A stretch of DNA of 48,375 bases. Origin: a virus (lineage: Duplodnaviria; Heunggongvirae; Uroviricota; Caudoviricetes). The notes under the pieces are model-generated. The model worked only from the letters and a program-made list of their open reading frames with translations. It was not told the DNA's origin and made no database searches. The DNA is taken from IMG/VR virus record IMGVR_UViG_3300038443_000660, positions 194,082-242,456 of that record; one strand, written 5' to 3'. The translations under genes were made by a program, and so were the position numbers. Shown here piece after piece: positions 27,008 through 37,300 of the stretch (position 1 is the stretch's first letter; each line of letters begins with the position of its first letter).

Positions 27008-27490
27008 ATGAATGTGAAACTTGCTGCCAAACCGGTAGAAACACCAGTGAATATAGCCAAGTTAATGGTAGAAATGGCTGGCGTTAAGAAAAATGATTCG
27101 GTTCTTGAACCTTCTGCTGGCTTTGGAAAAATTGCTTTGGTGGCAGCATCAGTCGGTGCAAAGGTCACATGTGTCGAATTAAATCAGCATTGCTTTGATA
27201 CACTCAAATCATACAAATATTTTCACAAACTTTATCACAAAGATTTTCTGAAATTTGATACAGAAGAACGCTTTGATGCTGTTCTAATGTGTCCACCACG
27301 GAATGCAATTCCGCATATCGAACACGCCCATAAGTTCGTTAAGAAGGGAAAATCTCTAATCGCTCTGGTTCGAAAAGATTCAGATGGCATGTCGAAATAC
27401 ATGCATAATTTCTTTGAGTTACCGCTTGAAACTTTTATGATGAACGGAGACTATGTTCGTTCTGGTTTCGTAATTCTAAAAGGATTGTAA
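27008..27490 (+). CDS. Class I SAM-dependent methyltransferase-fold protein
   Basis: TP...VLEPSAGFG, CVEL, DFL and FDAVLMCPPR (NPPF position); TTGACA promoter at 26941. Confidence 0.8.
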   Translation: MNVKLAAKPVETPVNIAKLMVEMAGVKKNDSVLEPSAGFGKIALVAASVGAKVTCVELNQHCFDTLKSYKYFHKLYHKDFLKFDTEERFDAVLMCPPRNAIPHIEHAHKFVKKGKSLIALVRKDSDGMSKYMHNFFELPLETFMMNGDYVRSGFVILKGL

Positions 27491-27493
27491 AAG

Positions 27494-27676
27494 TTGAAAC
27501 ATATTCCTCATTGGATTCCAATTGAAAATTGTGATATCTTCAATCACAAGATTTTCGTTAAGAACGCCGACAACGGTATATCCGGTTCATGTATCATAAA
27601 GAGTGATAAATTAGGCAATAAAACATTTGAGTGGGGATACAAAGATGTCATTCCTACTCATTATTGGAGTTTTTGA
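27494..27676 (+). CDS. Hypothetical protein (WIP...PTHY type)
   Basis: AGGA RBS and TTG start; operon packing. Confidence 0.55.
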   Translation: MKHIPHWIPIENCDIFNHKIFVKNADNGISGSCIIKSDKLGNKTFEWGYKDVIPTHYWSF

Positions 27677-27678
27677 AG

Positions 27679-27888
27679 ATGGAAGTACCCGAAGAACTTA
27701 AGCAAACTATTTTAAAAGAACTAGAAACCGTTCAGATAAAAACATTGGATGCTACCATAAAAATGGTCGAATCACTCTTGACAAATAAGCAGGGATTTGA
27801 TTTAGATGATTATACTATTACACAATGTGCTAACTTGGTGAGAAATTTACGTGACCGAATTGTTAAAAAGCGTGAATCGGCTTTGTAG
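27679..27888 (+). CDS. Hypothetical protein (start at MEVPE)
   Basis: GGAG RBS. Confidence 0.6.
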   Translation: MEVPEELKQTILKELETVQIKTLDATIKMVESLLTNKQGFDLDDYTITQCANLVRNLRDRIVKKRESAL

Positions 27889-28378
27889 CAAGTTTCCAAA
27901 AATAACTTGGAAACAAGCTGGTGGTTTGCCAGAATGTCCATATTTTTATCGGTACATCATCAATTTTGGCCCATTTGCTATTCGTTTGCACAACTGGCTT
28001 GGTGACGATGACCACCGAGCCTATCACGATCACCCATATTGGTTTCTTACCATCGTTTTGAAGGGCGGCTATACCGATGTTTCACCTAAAAAAGAAACAT
28101 GGGAATATCCATTGGATACACCAATAGAAGTTGTTCATAAGGACATATTAAGAATCGGTTCCATTCGCTTTCGTCCTGCTGAATTCAAACATTCCGTTCA
28201 GGATGTGATTCCCGGTACTTGGACATTGTTGATTTCTGGTAAGCCATCTCGCCGTTGGGGATTTTGGGTTGGTGGCAAGTTGATTAAACGTGACAAATAT
28301 TTTGCGGTTTATGGCCATCATCCTTGTGATCCCGAAGATTCTGGCATTCGTATGAAACCGGGTGGAGAAAGAATATGA
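27851..28378 (+). CDS. Cupin-like (double-stranded beta-helix) protein
   Basis: RLH...DD..AYHDHPYWF...LKGGY...FRPAEFKHSV...WGFW pattern. Confidence 0.65.
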   Translation: MTELLKSVNRLCSKFPKITWKQAGGLPECPYFYRYIINFGPFAIRLHNWLGDDDHRAYHDHPYWFLTIVLKGGYTDVSPKKETWEYPLDTPIEVVHKDILRIGSIRFRPAEFKHSVQDVIPGTWTLLISGKPSRRWGFWVGGKLIKRDKYFAVYGHHPCDPEDSGIRMKPGGERI

Positions 28379-28653
28379 AAATGAAGGACAACTTTTACAC
28401 AGTTCCTATAAAAGAACTAATCACTCCAAAAACTGGATTGGTGGTATTGGTAGATTATTACTGGTTTGTTAAGGATGACGCTGTTTTGTGCTATAAACTT
28501 GAACCTTACGGCACGAATTTAAACCAATGCAACAGAGATAAAATTGTTTTGGAGTATATCCAAAATTCTTTTGATGTAATTGATTCGTTCAACCCTTATA
28601 AGGATGGATTTGAAATAGTTAAAATTCCTCTAGCTTATGTAGAAAGAATGTAG
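28375..28653 (+). CDS. Hypothetical protein
   Basis: ATGA overlap and GGAG RBS. Confidence 0.65.
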   Translation: MKMKDNFYTVPIKELITPKTGLVVLVDYYWFVKDDAVLCYKLEPYGTNLNQCNRDKIVLEYIQNSFDVIDSFNPYKDGFEIVKIPLAYVERM

Positions 28654-28654
28654 A

Positions 28655-29134
28655 ATGTCAGAATTCAAAGTATCAAAAACATCATGGCACTATCGATTCT
28701 ATCGATGGATGGAATACATGAGTTCAGTTCCTTATTCGTCATGGCACGATGAAGGTGATAATAAACAGTATCATTATCGATATTTCGATAATACCGTATC
28801 CTATCAATCTAAGAATTTTTGCCAGTATTGGCGTCATGTTCTTCTTTTCCCCGCAATCAGGTTTGGTTGCTCATTTGCCATGGACGCTATTATTATCGGT
28901 TCTTTATTCATCACAATTTTTTTGGTTGTGACCAATCCGATGATGGTAGCCTTCACGTTCTTGAGCGTACTTCTTGCTGGTATTGGTGTTTTTGTAGCGC
29001 TTGTAATGATATCTTTGTTGTTCAAGGCGAGTGAAAAGGCAGTGATAACGAATAACACATTCATTCATACAGCATATGATGCTTATAAGAATAAATATTG
29101 CCCTGTAGTTACCTATAACAAGGATGATGAATAA
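28655..29134 (+). CDS. Hypothetical membrane protein
   Basis: Two long hydrophobic segments. Confidence 0.7.
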   Translation: MSEFKVSKTSWHYRFYRWMEYMSSVPYSSWHDEGDNKQYHYRYFDNTVSYQSKNFCQYWRHVLLFPAIRFGCSFAMDAIIIGSLFITIFLVVTNPMMVAFTFLSVLLAGIGVFVALVMISLLFKASEKAVITNNTFIHTAYDAYKNKYCPVVTYNKDDE

Positions 29135-29136
29135 TC

Positions 29137-29376
29137 ATGAATAAGATTGAAACGATTATTTCTTACCATTCATTCCATTTGGGCAACAAATTCGTTGTTA
29201 TGCTTTCGTGCATCGGCCTTATGGTAGTTACCGGAATTGCTATATTTCCCAAAGAAAAAAGTAGTTCTCCGGTAAAGGCTAAAATATATAGTATGATTCC
29301 GAAGAATTGCACTATTGATAATGTATCAACAACTGATGCTAATACGACCATCTATACAGTCGCTTGTAAGAAATAA
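29137..29376 (+). CDS. Hypothetical membrane-anchored protein
   Basis: One hydrophobic segment and two C-terminal Cys. Confidence 0.6.
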   Translation: MNKIETIISYHSFHLGNKFVVMLSCIGLMVVTGIAIFPKEKSSSPVKAKIYSMIPKNCTIDNVSTTDANTTIYTVACKK

Positions 29377-29377
29377 T

Positions 29378-30055
29378 TTAATACCACGATATAATCATTT
29401 TTCCGGGAGCGCCAGCCCCGGAAAAAACTGTATTGCTATTAGATGCCCTAGAAGCACCACCAGCACCAATTACAATTGATACTATAGAACCGGGCAATAT
29501 GAGAATCGGACTAGTATCTCTGGACCATGTTTTTTTTACATAACCACCAGCACCACCACCAGCCATACCATAAATACCGAAAGATGTCTTTCTGAACATA
29601 CCAGAGCCACCAGCACCGGGAGAAGTTCCTGCTATGCCAGAAGCCCAACCTGACCCAGAAACAGGCGGGCCACCTGTACCACCTAAATAAGCATCACCGC
29701 CATATCCAGATTCCACTTGGTTAAATGGACCACCTTTAGCGCCAGCAACGTTTACATCGCCGCCAGAAGCAGTTCCACCAGCACCACCACTCGTACTTGT
29801 CATGGAAAATTTAGCTGCCCCACCACCAATTAGTGTAAATGCATTTGGTCCTGAACAGGTAAAACTTGTGGCACCACCAGCTAATCCACCACGGTCATCT
29901 GTGTCAGAATAACCAGCACCTGATGCACCGCCGCCCCATAACTCAACAACAAAATTGTCGTAGTCGGGAACAGTAAAAGACGATGTGCCGGGTGATGATA
30001 ATATCAAACTTCCCGGTTGGACTCTCTGTAGTGGACGAACGATAGGTATAAACAT
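29378..30055 (-). CDS. Glycine-rich virion/tail-associated protein
   Basis: FTVP...VELWGGGASG...GGGAGGY...IVIGAGG pattern. Confidence 0.7.
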   Translation of the reverse strand: MFIPIVRPLQRVQPGSLILSSPGTSSFTVPDYDNFVVELWGGGASGAGYSDTDDRGGLAGGATSFTCSGPNAFTLIGGGAAKFSMTSTSGGAGGTASGGDVNVAGAKGGPFNQVESGYGGDAYLGGTGGPPVSGSGWASGIAGTSPGAGGSGMFRKTSFGIYGMAGGGAGGYVKKTWSRDTSPILILPGSIVSIVIGAGGASRASNSNTVFSGAGAPGKMIISWY

Positions 30056-30125
30056 ATATGTTGAACTTCTTTATTTTTTATGATAAATATTCCGTGTAAA
30101 TATATTTATAAAGCCACTTTGAACT

Positions 30126-31448
30126 ATGCCAAAGAAATATACCAAAGAAAAAATATGTGTTCAATGCAACAAACTCTTTGTTAATCGAAGAAACGCATTA
30201 TTTTGTTCTAGAGTATGTTCCAATAAGTATATGAATGCTGACAAGAATCGAAAAATTGGTGAAAGTAAAACCAAAAAAGTTAATGAACTAATATTTTCTA
30301 TTAAAGAAAATGTCATCACTGATTATAAAAATGGAAATGTTAAAATGCGAGAATTGGCGATAAAATATAACACCAATTACGCAGTAATCCAAAAAATTAT
30401 CAGTTCATACGATAAGAGTTTTCCGAAAGGAAGATTCAAAAGACACGATTTTGTTAAGAATAATCCGAAAATCTCTGATACATTTTTACTTCAACAATTA
30501 ATTGATGAGAAATATACGTGTAAAGAGATCGCATCAAAGATTGGTGTTTCTCCAAATTCGGTAGCTGTATTTTTACGAGAGTATAATATTAAAACATTAC
30601 ATGGTGGTCCATCATCTATCGAACGAATTTGTAGGAGTTTCATTCCAGAAAACATTCAATGTGATTTCAATTCTCGTATCCTAGACGGGCTGGAAATTGA
30701 TATATTTTTACCAAAATTTTCGTTCGGTATCGAAACGAATGGTAATTATTTTCATTCATCTAAATTTAGAGATAAGAGATTTCATTTAAATAAAACCAAT
30801 ATTGCCGAAAACAAAGGATTAAAATTATTTCATTTTTTTGAAGATGAAATTTTAGGCAAGCCAAACATCGTTCGTTCTATGATATTGTCTGCGATAGGAC
30901 AAACCGAAAATCGAATTTTTGCTCGTAAATGTAAGATTAAACATGTTGAAAAAACAGAAAAAACAGATTTCTTAAACACAAACCATTTGAAGGGTGATTG
31001 CCTTAGTTCTGTGAATATTGGGTTATATTTCGAAGATAAATTAGTATCGTTAATGACATTTGGAAAATCACGGTTTTCCAAAAAGTACACATGGGAATTA
31101 TTAAGGTTTTGCTCTTTGCTAAATCATTCTGTGGTTGGCGGTGCAACAAAACTTTTAAAATATTTTCGGAGTATCTATGATGAAGATATCATTACTTATG
31201 CCGATAGGAGATATTCACGAGGATTAGTGTACGAAAAAATGGGATTTGAATTCGTTAAAAATACACCACCAAACTATTTTTACATAAAAGGTAATTGTTT
31301 AGATAGAATGTCTCGATTATTATTTCAAAAACACAAATTACGAGATTTTCATAATTATTCTGATAACAAAACAGAAGAAGAAATCATGAAAGAATCTGGA
31401 TACTACAAAATATATGATTGCGGCACGAGTGTATTTAAAATACCGTAA
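30126..31448 (+). mobile_element. Hef-like homing endonuclease (Zn-ribbon/HTH plus a PD-(D/E)xK-like domain)
   Basis: CxxC...FCSRVC, EIDIFLP...IETNGNYFHS, IFARKC, ELLRFC, YADRRYS and KIYDCG motifs; antisense to the flanking late genes. Confidence 0.75.
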
Positions 31449-31449
31449 C

Positions 31450-31621
31450 AGATGCTGATTATTATATCATCCCCGTAACTCTACTTATTTCCTAATTTAT
31501 AATTTTTTCTGTTACCTACCGCACTCCAATAATGTTCTTGAAACCGTCTCTCAATGCTCTTTTTCGTTTATCCTACGTAAATAACTTTGTTGTTTAGTAA
31601 TATTTTGTATATATTAATCAT
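31450..31621 (-). pseudogene. Decayed GIY-YIG endonuclease N-terminus
   Basis: ATG overlaps the gp13 TGA; reads MINIYKILLNNKVIYVG*TKKSIERRFQEHYW...NK*SYGDD. Confidence 0.7.
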
Positions 31622-32373
31622 ATTAATCCGGGAGAAATAAAATCTGTTACTGGTAGTGAATACGAATTTATCATTTCGTCTTCGAGTTTGGTAATTTCAT
31701 CAACAGCCGAACTATAGATTTGCTGACCATTCAAAGTTTGTCCACCAAGAATGACTATATTTTGAAATTTAGATAAATTTTCACCCCACTGCCGCTTTAC
31801 CAAAGCAGTCGCATATCTCAATAGCCATCTATCAGACCATATTTCTGGATATTCATCTGGGTTAGCTACTTGATAAGCTTCGAAAACAATCCAGTCATTT
31901 ACCTTATATTTGCTCCATCGACCGTCGATAAAAATTTTGTCAGTCTTTCTATTGAAACGAATTCCGGGTGTTGAAGAAAACAGTTCCTGAAATAAAGCAA
32001 TATGCCTCAAAGCCAAGTAATAAGGAACAATAGAAGTTGAAGTTATGTTAAAGAAGTCATTCAACATCAACTGATAGGTAACATCGAACAATGACGATGA
32101 TGAAGAAGCCAAACCATATGAGTCAACTAACTTTGTTATACCAGTAATTTCATCCGGTACGGGAATATATTGATTATCAAGGTCTTGTTGCGTTATTTGG
32201 TGCTTATAGTATATTTGGAGTGTACCATCAAAATGATATTCTTGAAAATACGCAATAGCATCGTCTATGCGGTCATCAATCTGTTCAGGAGTGACGTTGA
32301 TTTCAATCATCGGAAAACCAAGTCGTCTGACTATGTAATCTCTGAACGTCTTTCTATTGGTTGGTAATGCCAT
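31618..32373 (-). CDS. gp13: Neck protein
   Basis: RRLGFPMIEINV..EQIDDRIDDA...YHFDG and KRQWGENLSKF motifs. Confidence 0.95.
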   Translation of the reverse strand: MALPTNRKTFRDYIVRRLGFPMIEINVTPEQIDDRIDDAIAYFQEYHFDGTLQIYYKHQITQQDLDNQYIPVPDEITGITKLVDSYGLASSSSSLFDVTYQLMLNDFFNITSTSIVPYYLALRHIALFQELFSSTPGIRFNRKTDKIFIDGRWSKYKVNDWIVFEAYQVANPDEYPEIWSDRWLLRYATALVKRQWGENLSKFQNIVILGGQTLNGQQIYSSAVDEITKLEDEMINSYSLPVTDFISPGLI

Positions 32374-32385
32374 TTTTTGTTTACT

Positions 32386-32850
32386 TTATAATTTGGAAGC
32401 GTCAATGAAAAATTGTTTGATTTGTTCATCGGTCAATCCCAATTCAACAAATCCAGCCTTCATCATTGGTTCATCCATGACAAATGTTCCTGAATTTTGA
32501 TAAGCGATTTGGATTGCTTTCGATTGAGATTGTACCCATTCTTCGACAACATCGATTAGCCCATAAAAATATAGCTGCATTTTGAATTGTCTCGCCGTAA
32601 CCCTATCCGGCGCTGTAACGTCCTGATAAGTATACACAAATGTTGGAATACCAGATTTCATTTTTAATGTTCGTGTAGCAACTTCTTTTCCATCTGGGAT
32701 TGATGGATTATCAACAATTGTTACCAAACTATAACCATTGTACGTCCAATTTGCTTGTGCTGGCATAAGTGTTTCACCAGTCGGCAATTGAAATTTTGCA
32801 CCTTCGGCAACTGTATCGATTATTTTATTACTTTTGATTAATGCTAACAT
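32386..32850 (-). CDS. Putative tail fibre assembly/chaperone-like protein
   Basis: VTARQFKMQL...LGLTDEQIKQFFIDASKL C-terminus; follows a fibre-like gene. Confidence 0.5.
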   Translation of the reverse strand: MLALIKSNKIIDTVAEGAKFQLPTGETLMPAQANWTYNGYSLVTIVDNPSIPDGKEVATRTLKMKSGIPTFVYTYQDVTAPDRVTARQFKMQLYFYGLIDVVEEWVQSQSKAIQIAYQNSGTFVMDEPMMKAGFVELGLTDEQIKQFFIDASKL

Positions 32851-32859
32851 TCTGATATC

Positions 32860-34125
32860 TTACTGTAATTTTTGAATAAACACATGAGTAAACCCGTTCA
32901 CCTTAGTAATAAACGCCATGTACTTAAAGTTCGCAGTGGTGAGAATAGTTTCTCCATCCACTCTTGTGTAACCGTTAAAAACAAAGGTTCCACCACCAGA
33001 AGATGAGTTGGTTATCTGAACTACCATTGTATAATCACCAGCAGCGGATGGAGCGGAGAACGTGATGTTTCCAGAAACGACAATTTTTCGGAAATTACCG
33101 CCAACTGGCGTTGGAATATAATTTGCTCCCGCCGATAAGGTTCCATCATCTACAACCGTAGCTGTAAATCCACCATTCAATGTGTCACCATCTCGCAATA
33201 CCAATTTATCGACATTGGCTGGTGTCAACACTTTATTGGTAACTGTTCTGGCGACAACTTCTGTATTAGATGCGACCGAAACCGCTATTGTAGGATTTCC
33301 ACCAACACCATTTGCGTTAGTGATGGAAACGGCACCCATCGCTTCAATGTTTCTAAGAATCCATGTATCACCGGCATTTCTTACGGCGATACCAAAACCT
33401 GAAAGTCCTTCTATTGCTTGAAGGTCATTCGTAAGAGCAAAAGTCGGATTACCGGAAATACCATTTGAATTGGTTATAGTAATACCGGCTGATGGAGCAA
33501 CTAGCGTTCTCTGTGCCCATGTGTCGTTCGCCGTTCTGACTGCAAATCCAGAGCCTGAAAGATTTTCCAGAGCATTCAAATCATTAGCGAGTGTGATTGT
33601 TGGATTACCGGCTATACCGTCAGCATTCGTAATCGTGATACCAGATGTTGGTTGAACAAAGCTTCTTTGTGCCCATGCATCAGCGGAAGTTCGAACAGCG
33701 AAACCAGAACCGGAAAGATTTTCCAGAGCGTTCAAATCGTTTGATAATGAAATCGTTGGATTTCCATTTATACCATTACCATTCGTAATCGTGATGCCGT
33801 TCGCAGGACCAATAATCGTTCTGGAAACAGCATTTGAAGAAGAATTCTTGACAATAATTCCGGTTGCGGCATTTGGAAATGCCTTATATGCATCAGAATT
33901 TAACGTGCTTTTTACAGCATTTACATCAACAACGATAGCGCTTACTGTCACATAAAGATTGTTTGTGTTACTCGTTAATGCATCAACTTTACCGCTAATA
34001 ACAGCAAGTTCACCATTGATATTTCTGGTATCACCAACAATAAGGTTGTCGTTGTTTGCAGACTGTCTAAGAGTCGTTGTGGAAGTATCAGAAATATCAA
34101 GTATCTGGGAAGTTAATGTTGCCAT
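32860..34125 (-). CDS. Fibre-like virion protein with tandem ~51-aa repeats
   Basis: GITITN.NG..GNPT..L.NDL.A.E.LSG.G.AVR repeated three times plus a partial fourth; occupies the gp12/wac position. Confidence 0.65.
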   Translation of the reverse strand: MATLTSQILDISDTSTTTLRQSANNDNLIVGDTRNINGELAVISGKVDALTSNTNNLYVTVSAIVVDVNAVKSTLNSDAYKAFPNAATGIIVKNSSSNAVSRTIIGPANGITITNGNGINGNPTISLSNDLNALENLSGSGFAVRTSADAWAQRSFVQPTSGITITNADGIAGNPTITLANDLNALENLSGSGFAVRTANDTWAQRTLVAPSAGITITNSNGISGNPTFALTNDLQAIEGLSGFGIAVRNAGDTWILRNIEAMGAVSITNANGVGGNPTIAVSVASNTEVVARTVTNKVLTPANVDKLVLRDGDTLNGGFTATVVDDGTLSAGANYIPTPVGGNFRKIVVSGNITFSAPSAAGDYTMVVQITNSSSGGGTFVFNGYTRVDGETILTTANFKYMAFITKVNGFTHVFIQKLQ

Positions 34126-34133
34126 TTATATTT

Positions 34134-34340
34134 CTACTTATTATTTTCCAGAAATTCTATTCTCTTTGTCAATTGTTCTATCACAGATTTCATTTCCTGA
34201 ATTTCTTTGTACATGTTAGGAACGAGTCTAGCTGCATTTCGTCTTTTCTTGTATGCAGCTAGACTCTCGTTATCCTTATTTATAAGGGCCTTGCTTTCTT
34301 GTGACCGGTAAATACCGGGGACAGTGGTCTTTTCATCCAT
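34134..34340 (-). CDS. Conserved small protein downstream of the VrlC-like gene
   Basis: YR...SKALINKD...AYKKRR followed by a coiled coil. Confidence 0.65.
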   Translation of the reverse strand: MDEKTTVPGIYRSQESKALINKDNESLAAYKKRRNAARLVPNMYKEIQEMKSVIEQLTKRIEFLENNK

Positions 34341-34349
34341 TTAAAATCC

Positions 34350-37300
34350 TCACATTTGCAAGCACAAACATTGCAAATCTGCTACTCTAGGAACAGATGC
34401 TGAATTGTATGAACCTAGCACAATCTTGATGGCAAATTGCTTGTATCCAGAAAACGCTACACCATTCGAATTTGTATATTCAACAGCACCATACAATCCA
34501 GTCATTAATTCAGTATTAAAACCAAAAGCAAATTCCATAAAATCGTTGGTATTGGACGTTGATGAATAGCTATTATTTGTCGATACAAGTTCTATCCAAT
34601 TATGACTTGCAAAATCATCTGAATCTTCGGCGTGAACAATCTTTGCATATACTTTGATATCTGTTGATGGTGGACGATACGCAGTTAGATGCACTTGCAA
34701 ATCTTCGGCATCTTGACCTTCCGCTAGTGTTACAACTTTTGAAATATATTTATTCCAAGAGTTGCCACCACTTGACTTATCTTCATCAGTGAAATCAAAA
34801 TTCACAACATTATGAACAAACACGCCATGAGTTCTATGCAAATCAATCACTGGTGACACATATGACGAATTTGAATTCATAACTATTTGAACCTGATTCG
34901 ATTTATTACCTGATATCAAGGAATTTTCTTGTGTTCTTCCCAAAAGAACCTTTTCATCTGCAAGTGTTGTATTATCCCCTGCATTGATACCAGCAAAATT
35001 TGTATCCATAACATTTGTATTAGACGTAGTTTTCATACTATATGTTAATGCTGTGTTTGAGAACACAAGATTATTTGGTTCAAAATCAACAACGGAATAT
35101 TTAATAGGCTGTTTAGATTGTATTACACCATAATTACCTGATAATTCACCAATAATAGTTGAACTAACTGGAAAATCACCTGTAATGTTTCTAAGTTGTA
35201 TTTGAACGGTACTCGCATCAGGATTTTTGTATGAGTAGAGAGTGCCAGTCGGGTAAGTGATGTCACTTATAGAAGCAGTTCCCTTGGTAACATTTGAAGA
35301 ATCTTTGATAGTTACTACTTCACCCATCTTATACTTTTGGATAGTGTTCGCTGCCAAAGTATAGTTTGAACTCAATACATTAGAAACTGTTGCTGTAGCC
35401 GCTGATTCTTGGCCGATAATAATATCACCCGTCACAATTGACGTTGAACTTGAAGTAAGTGTTAATGTAGTTTGACCTCTTACAATTTCACCGATAGTTT
35501 CAAATGGTGCAGAAACAGATGACATTAAAAAGCGTTCGAAAGAAGCAGTTCCTAATGTTACTGTTGCAATTCCGGTATTAAAATTGGCTCTATAGAATGT
35601 GACCTTCAAATCCTGATTAGGGACAGGCACCCAATCTACGTTGTTATTCGTGTCAAATAACGTACCAGTTTGCTTACGATTTACTACCTTCTGACCGGTT
35701 ATGACATCATCTTGTCCCAATTCACAAGTCCAAAAATATGTATCTGGATTCATGGCGGTGGCATGAAGAATCAATGCATATTCAGTATTATTGTAAAGAA
35801 ATACTGGACATTTGAATTTTACATTAAGTGGGACGGATGCATCTTCCGATGTTGGCATGTCGTCTGGTTCAAGAGAAACCACAGAATATGGAACAGTGTT
35901 TCTAGTAATACCACCAGCATTATCAACTTCTCTCAATTCAAACCAAACACCAAGTGTTGGGTGCTTATCGGCCATAAACACGTCAAATGAAGTCAAGAAT
36001 ACACCATCTTCATTTTGGGGAGCATTGACCATAAAGGTATAACCCATACAGTCGGCCCCCTGATAAGCGGAACTCGTTATAGTATCCGAAATGACGGAGC
36101 CGTTAACCTTTGTCGTTGTTTGAGTAACGTTATCTTGTGTCATTACGACTTTATATGTCGATAAAATCGTATTTTGTTGTTGTTGCAATAATCCTTGGGC
36201 AACAAAATATGTGTTACCGAACGTTGTTGTTTCTCCACTGTTAGTTGGAGAATCAGAAACTCTAACTTTCTTTGTTCCTGTATAAAAACGCTTTCCTTCG
36301 GACGGCAAACGTAACAATCCGTATGCTTTACCATCAGCGTCGGTTCGCCAAGTCGAACCTTCCGAAACACCATCAACTACAACATAATCTGAATCTGTTG
36401 GTGTCAAATAATCAGACATTGGCGTTTCATCAAAATAAATCCATAACCTAGTGTTAGGTTTTAAGTCACGACAGAAAACTTTGATAATTTGTGGTCGTAT
36501 ATATGGAATAATTGATGTGTTGACAGTCTTGTTACCTAAGTTTTCTGTAGAGGTAGCAAATTCTGGAACAAGTTCGACACCAGTTCTGACAGATTCAGTT
36601 ATTGCAGAAGCTGTAGCATTTACAACAGTCTTGTAAGTAGTTATGTTATGACCAGCACCGCCCCAATGACCACCACCAGCGCCGCCGCCATGACCTGTAC
36701 CGCCCTGTGTCGTTCGTTCTGATGCAATCTTGGTTGTATATTTCTTGATAAGTTTGTTGGCATCGGATAAAGCATTATCTCCGTAAAACGTGCCGAGCAA
36801 CGCACCAGTTACGTTATGATAAACATTGTATCCAGTAATAGCAGTCTGCCATTGATTCCATTCGGTCTGCACCGGAGGAAGATATTCAGGTACTTCGCCC
36901 TGAATAATTTCATCTGGCATTTGTTCTGTATCAACCCACACGTCTGACTCTGGATCGAGTGTTACTAGACCAATATATCTATAAACGTTATTTTCGATAT
37001 TTCTGGTTGTCGTGGCATATGGTTGTGAAAACAGAACTTCTTCTGTATATGTCATAGTAATCAAATTATTTGTTGCAGAAATGCCAGACCCAGAAATAAA
37101 TTCATATGGAACAGATTCCATATTATAATATGGTCTAATAGACTGTTCTTTAGGGTCAACTACAATTTTATAATCTGGATTGCTAACATCGCCGTTAGTA
37201 TGGTCACGGAAAGTATCAACAAAAATACCATTCTTGAATCTATCAAGCCCGTTTTCATCTAGAACATTCATGTCAGCAGCTTGCTTTTCCAACAAGTTCA

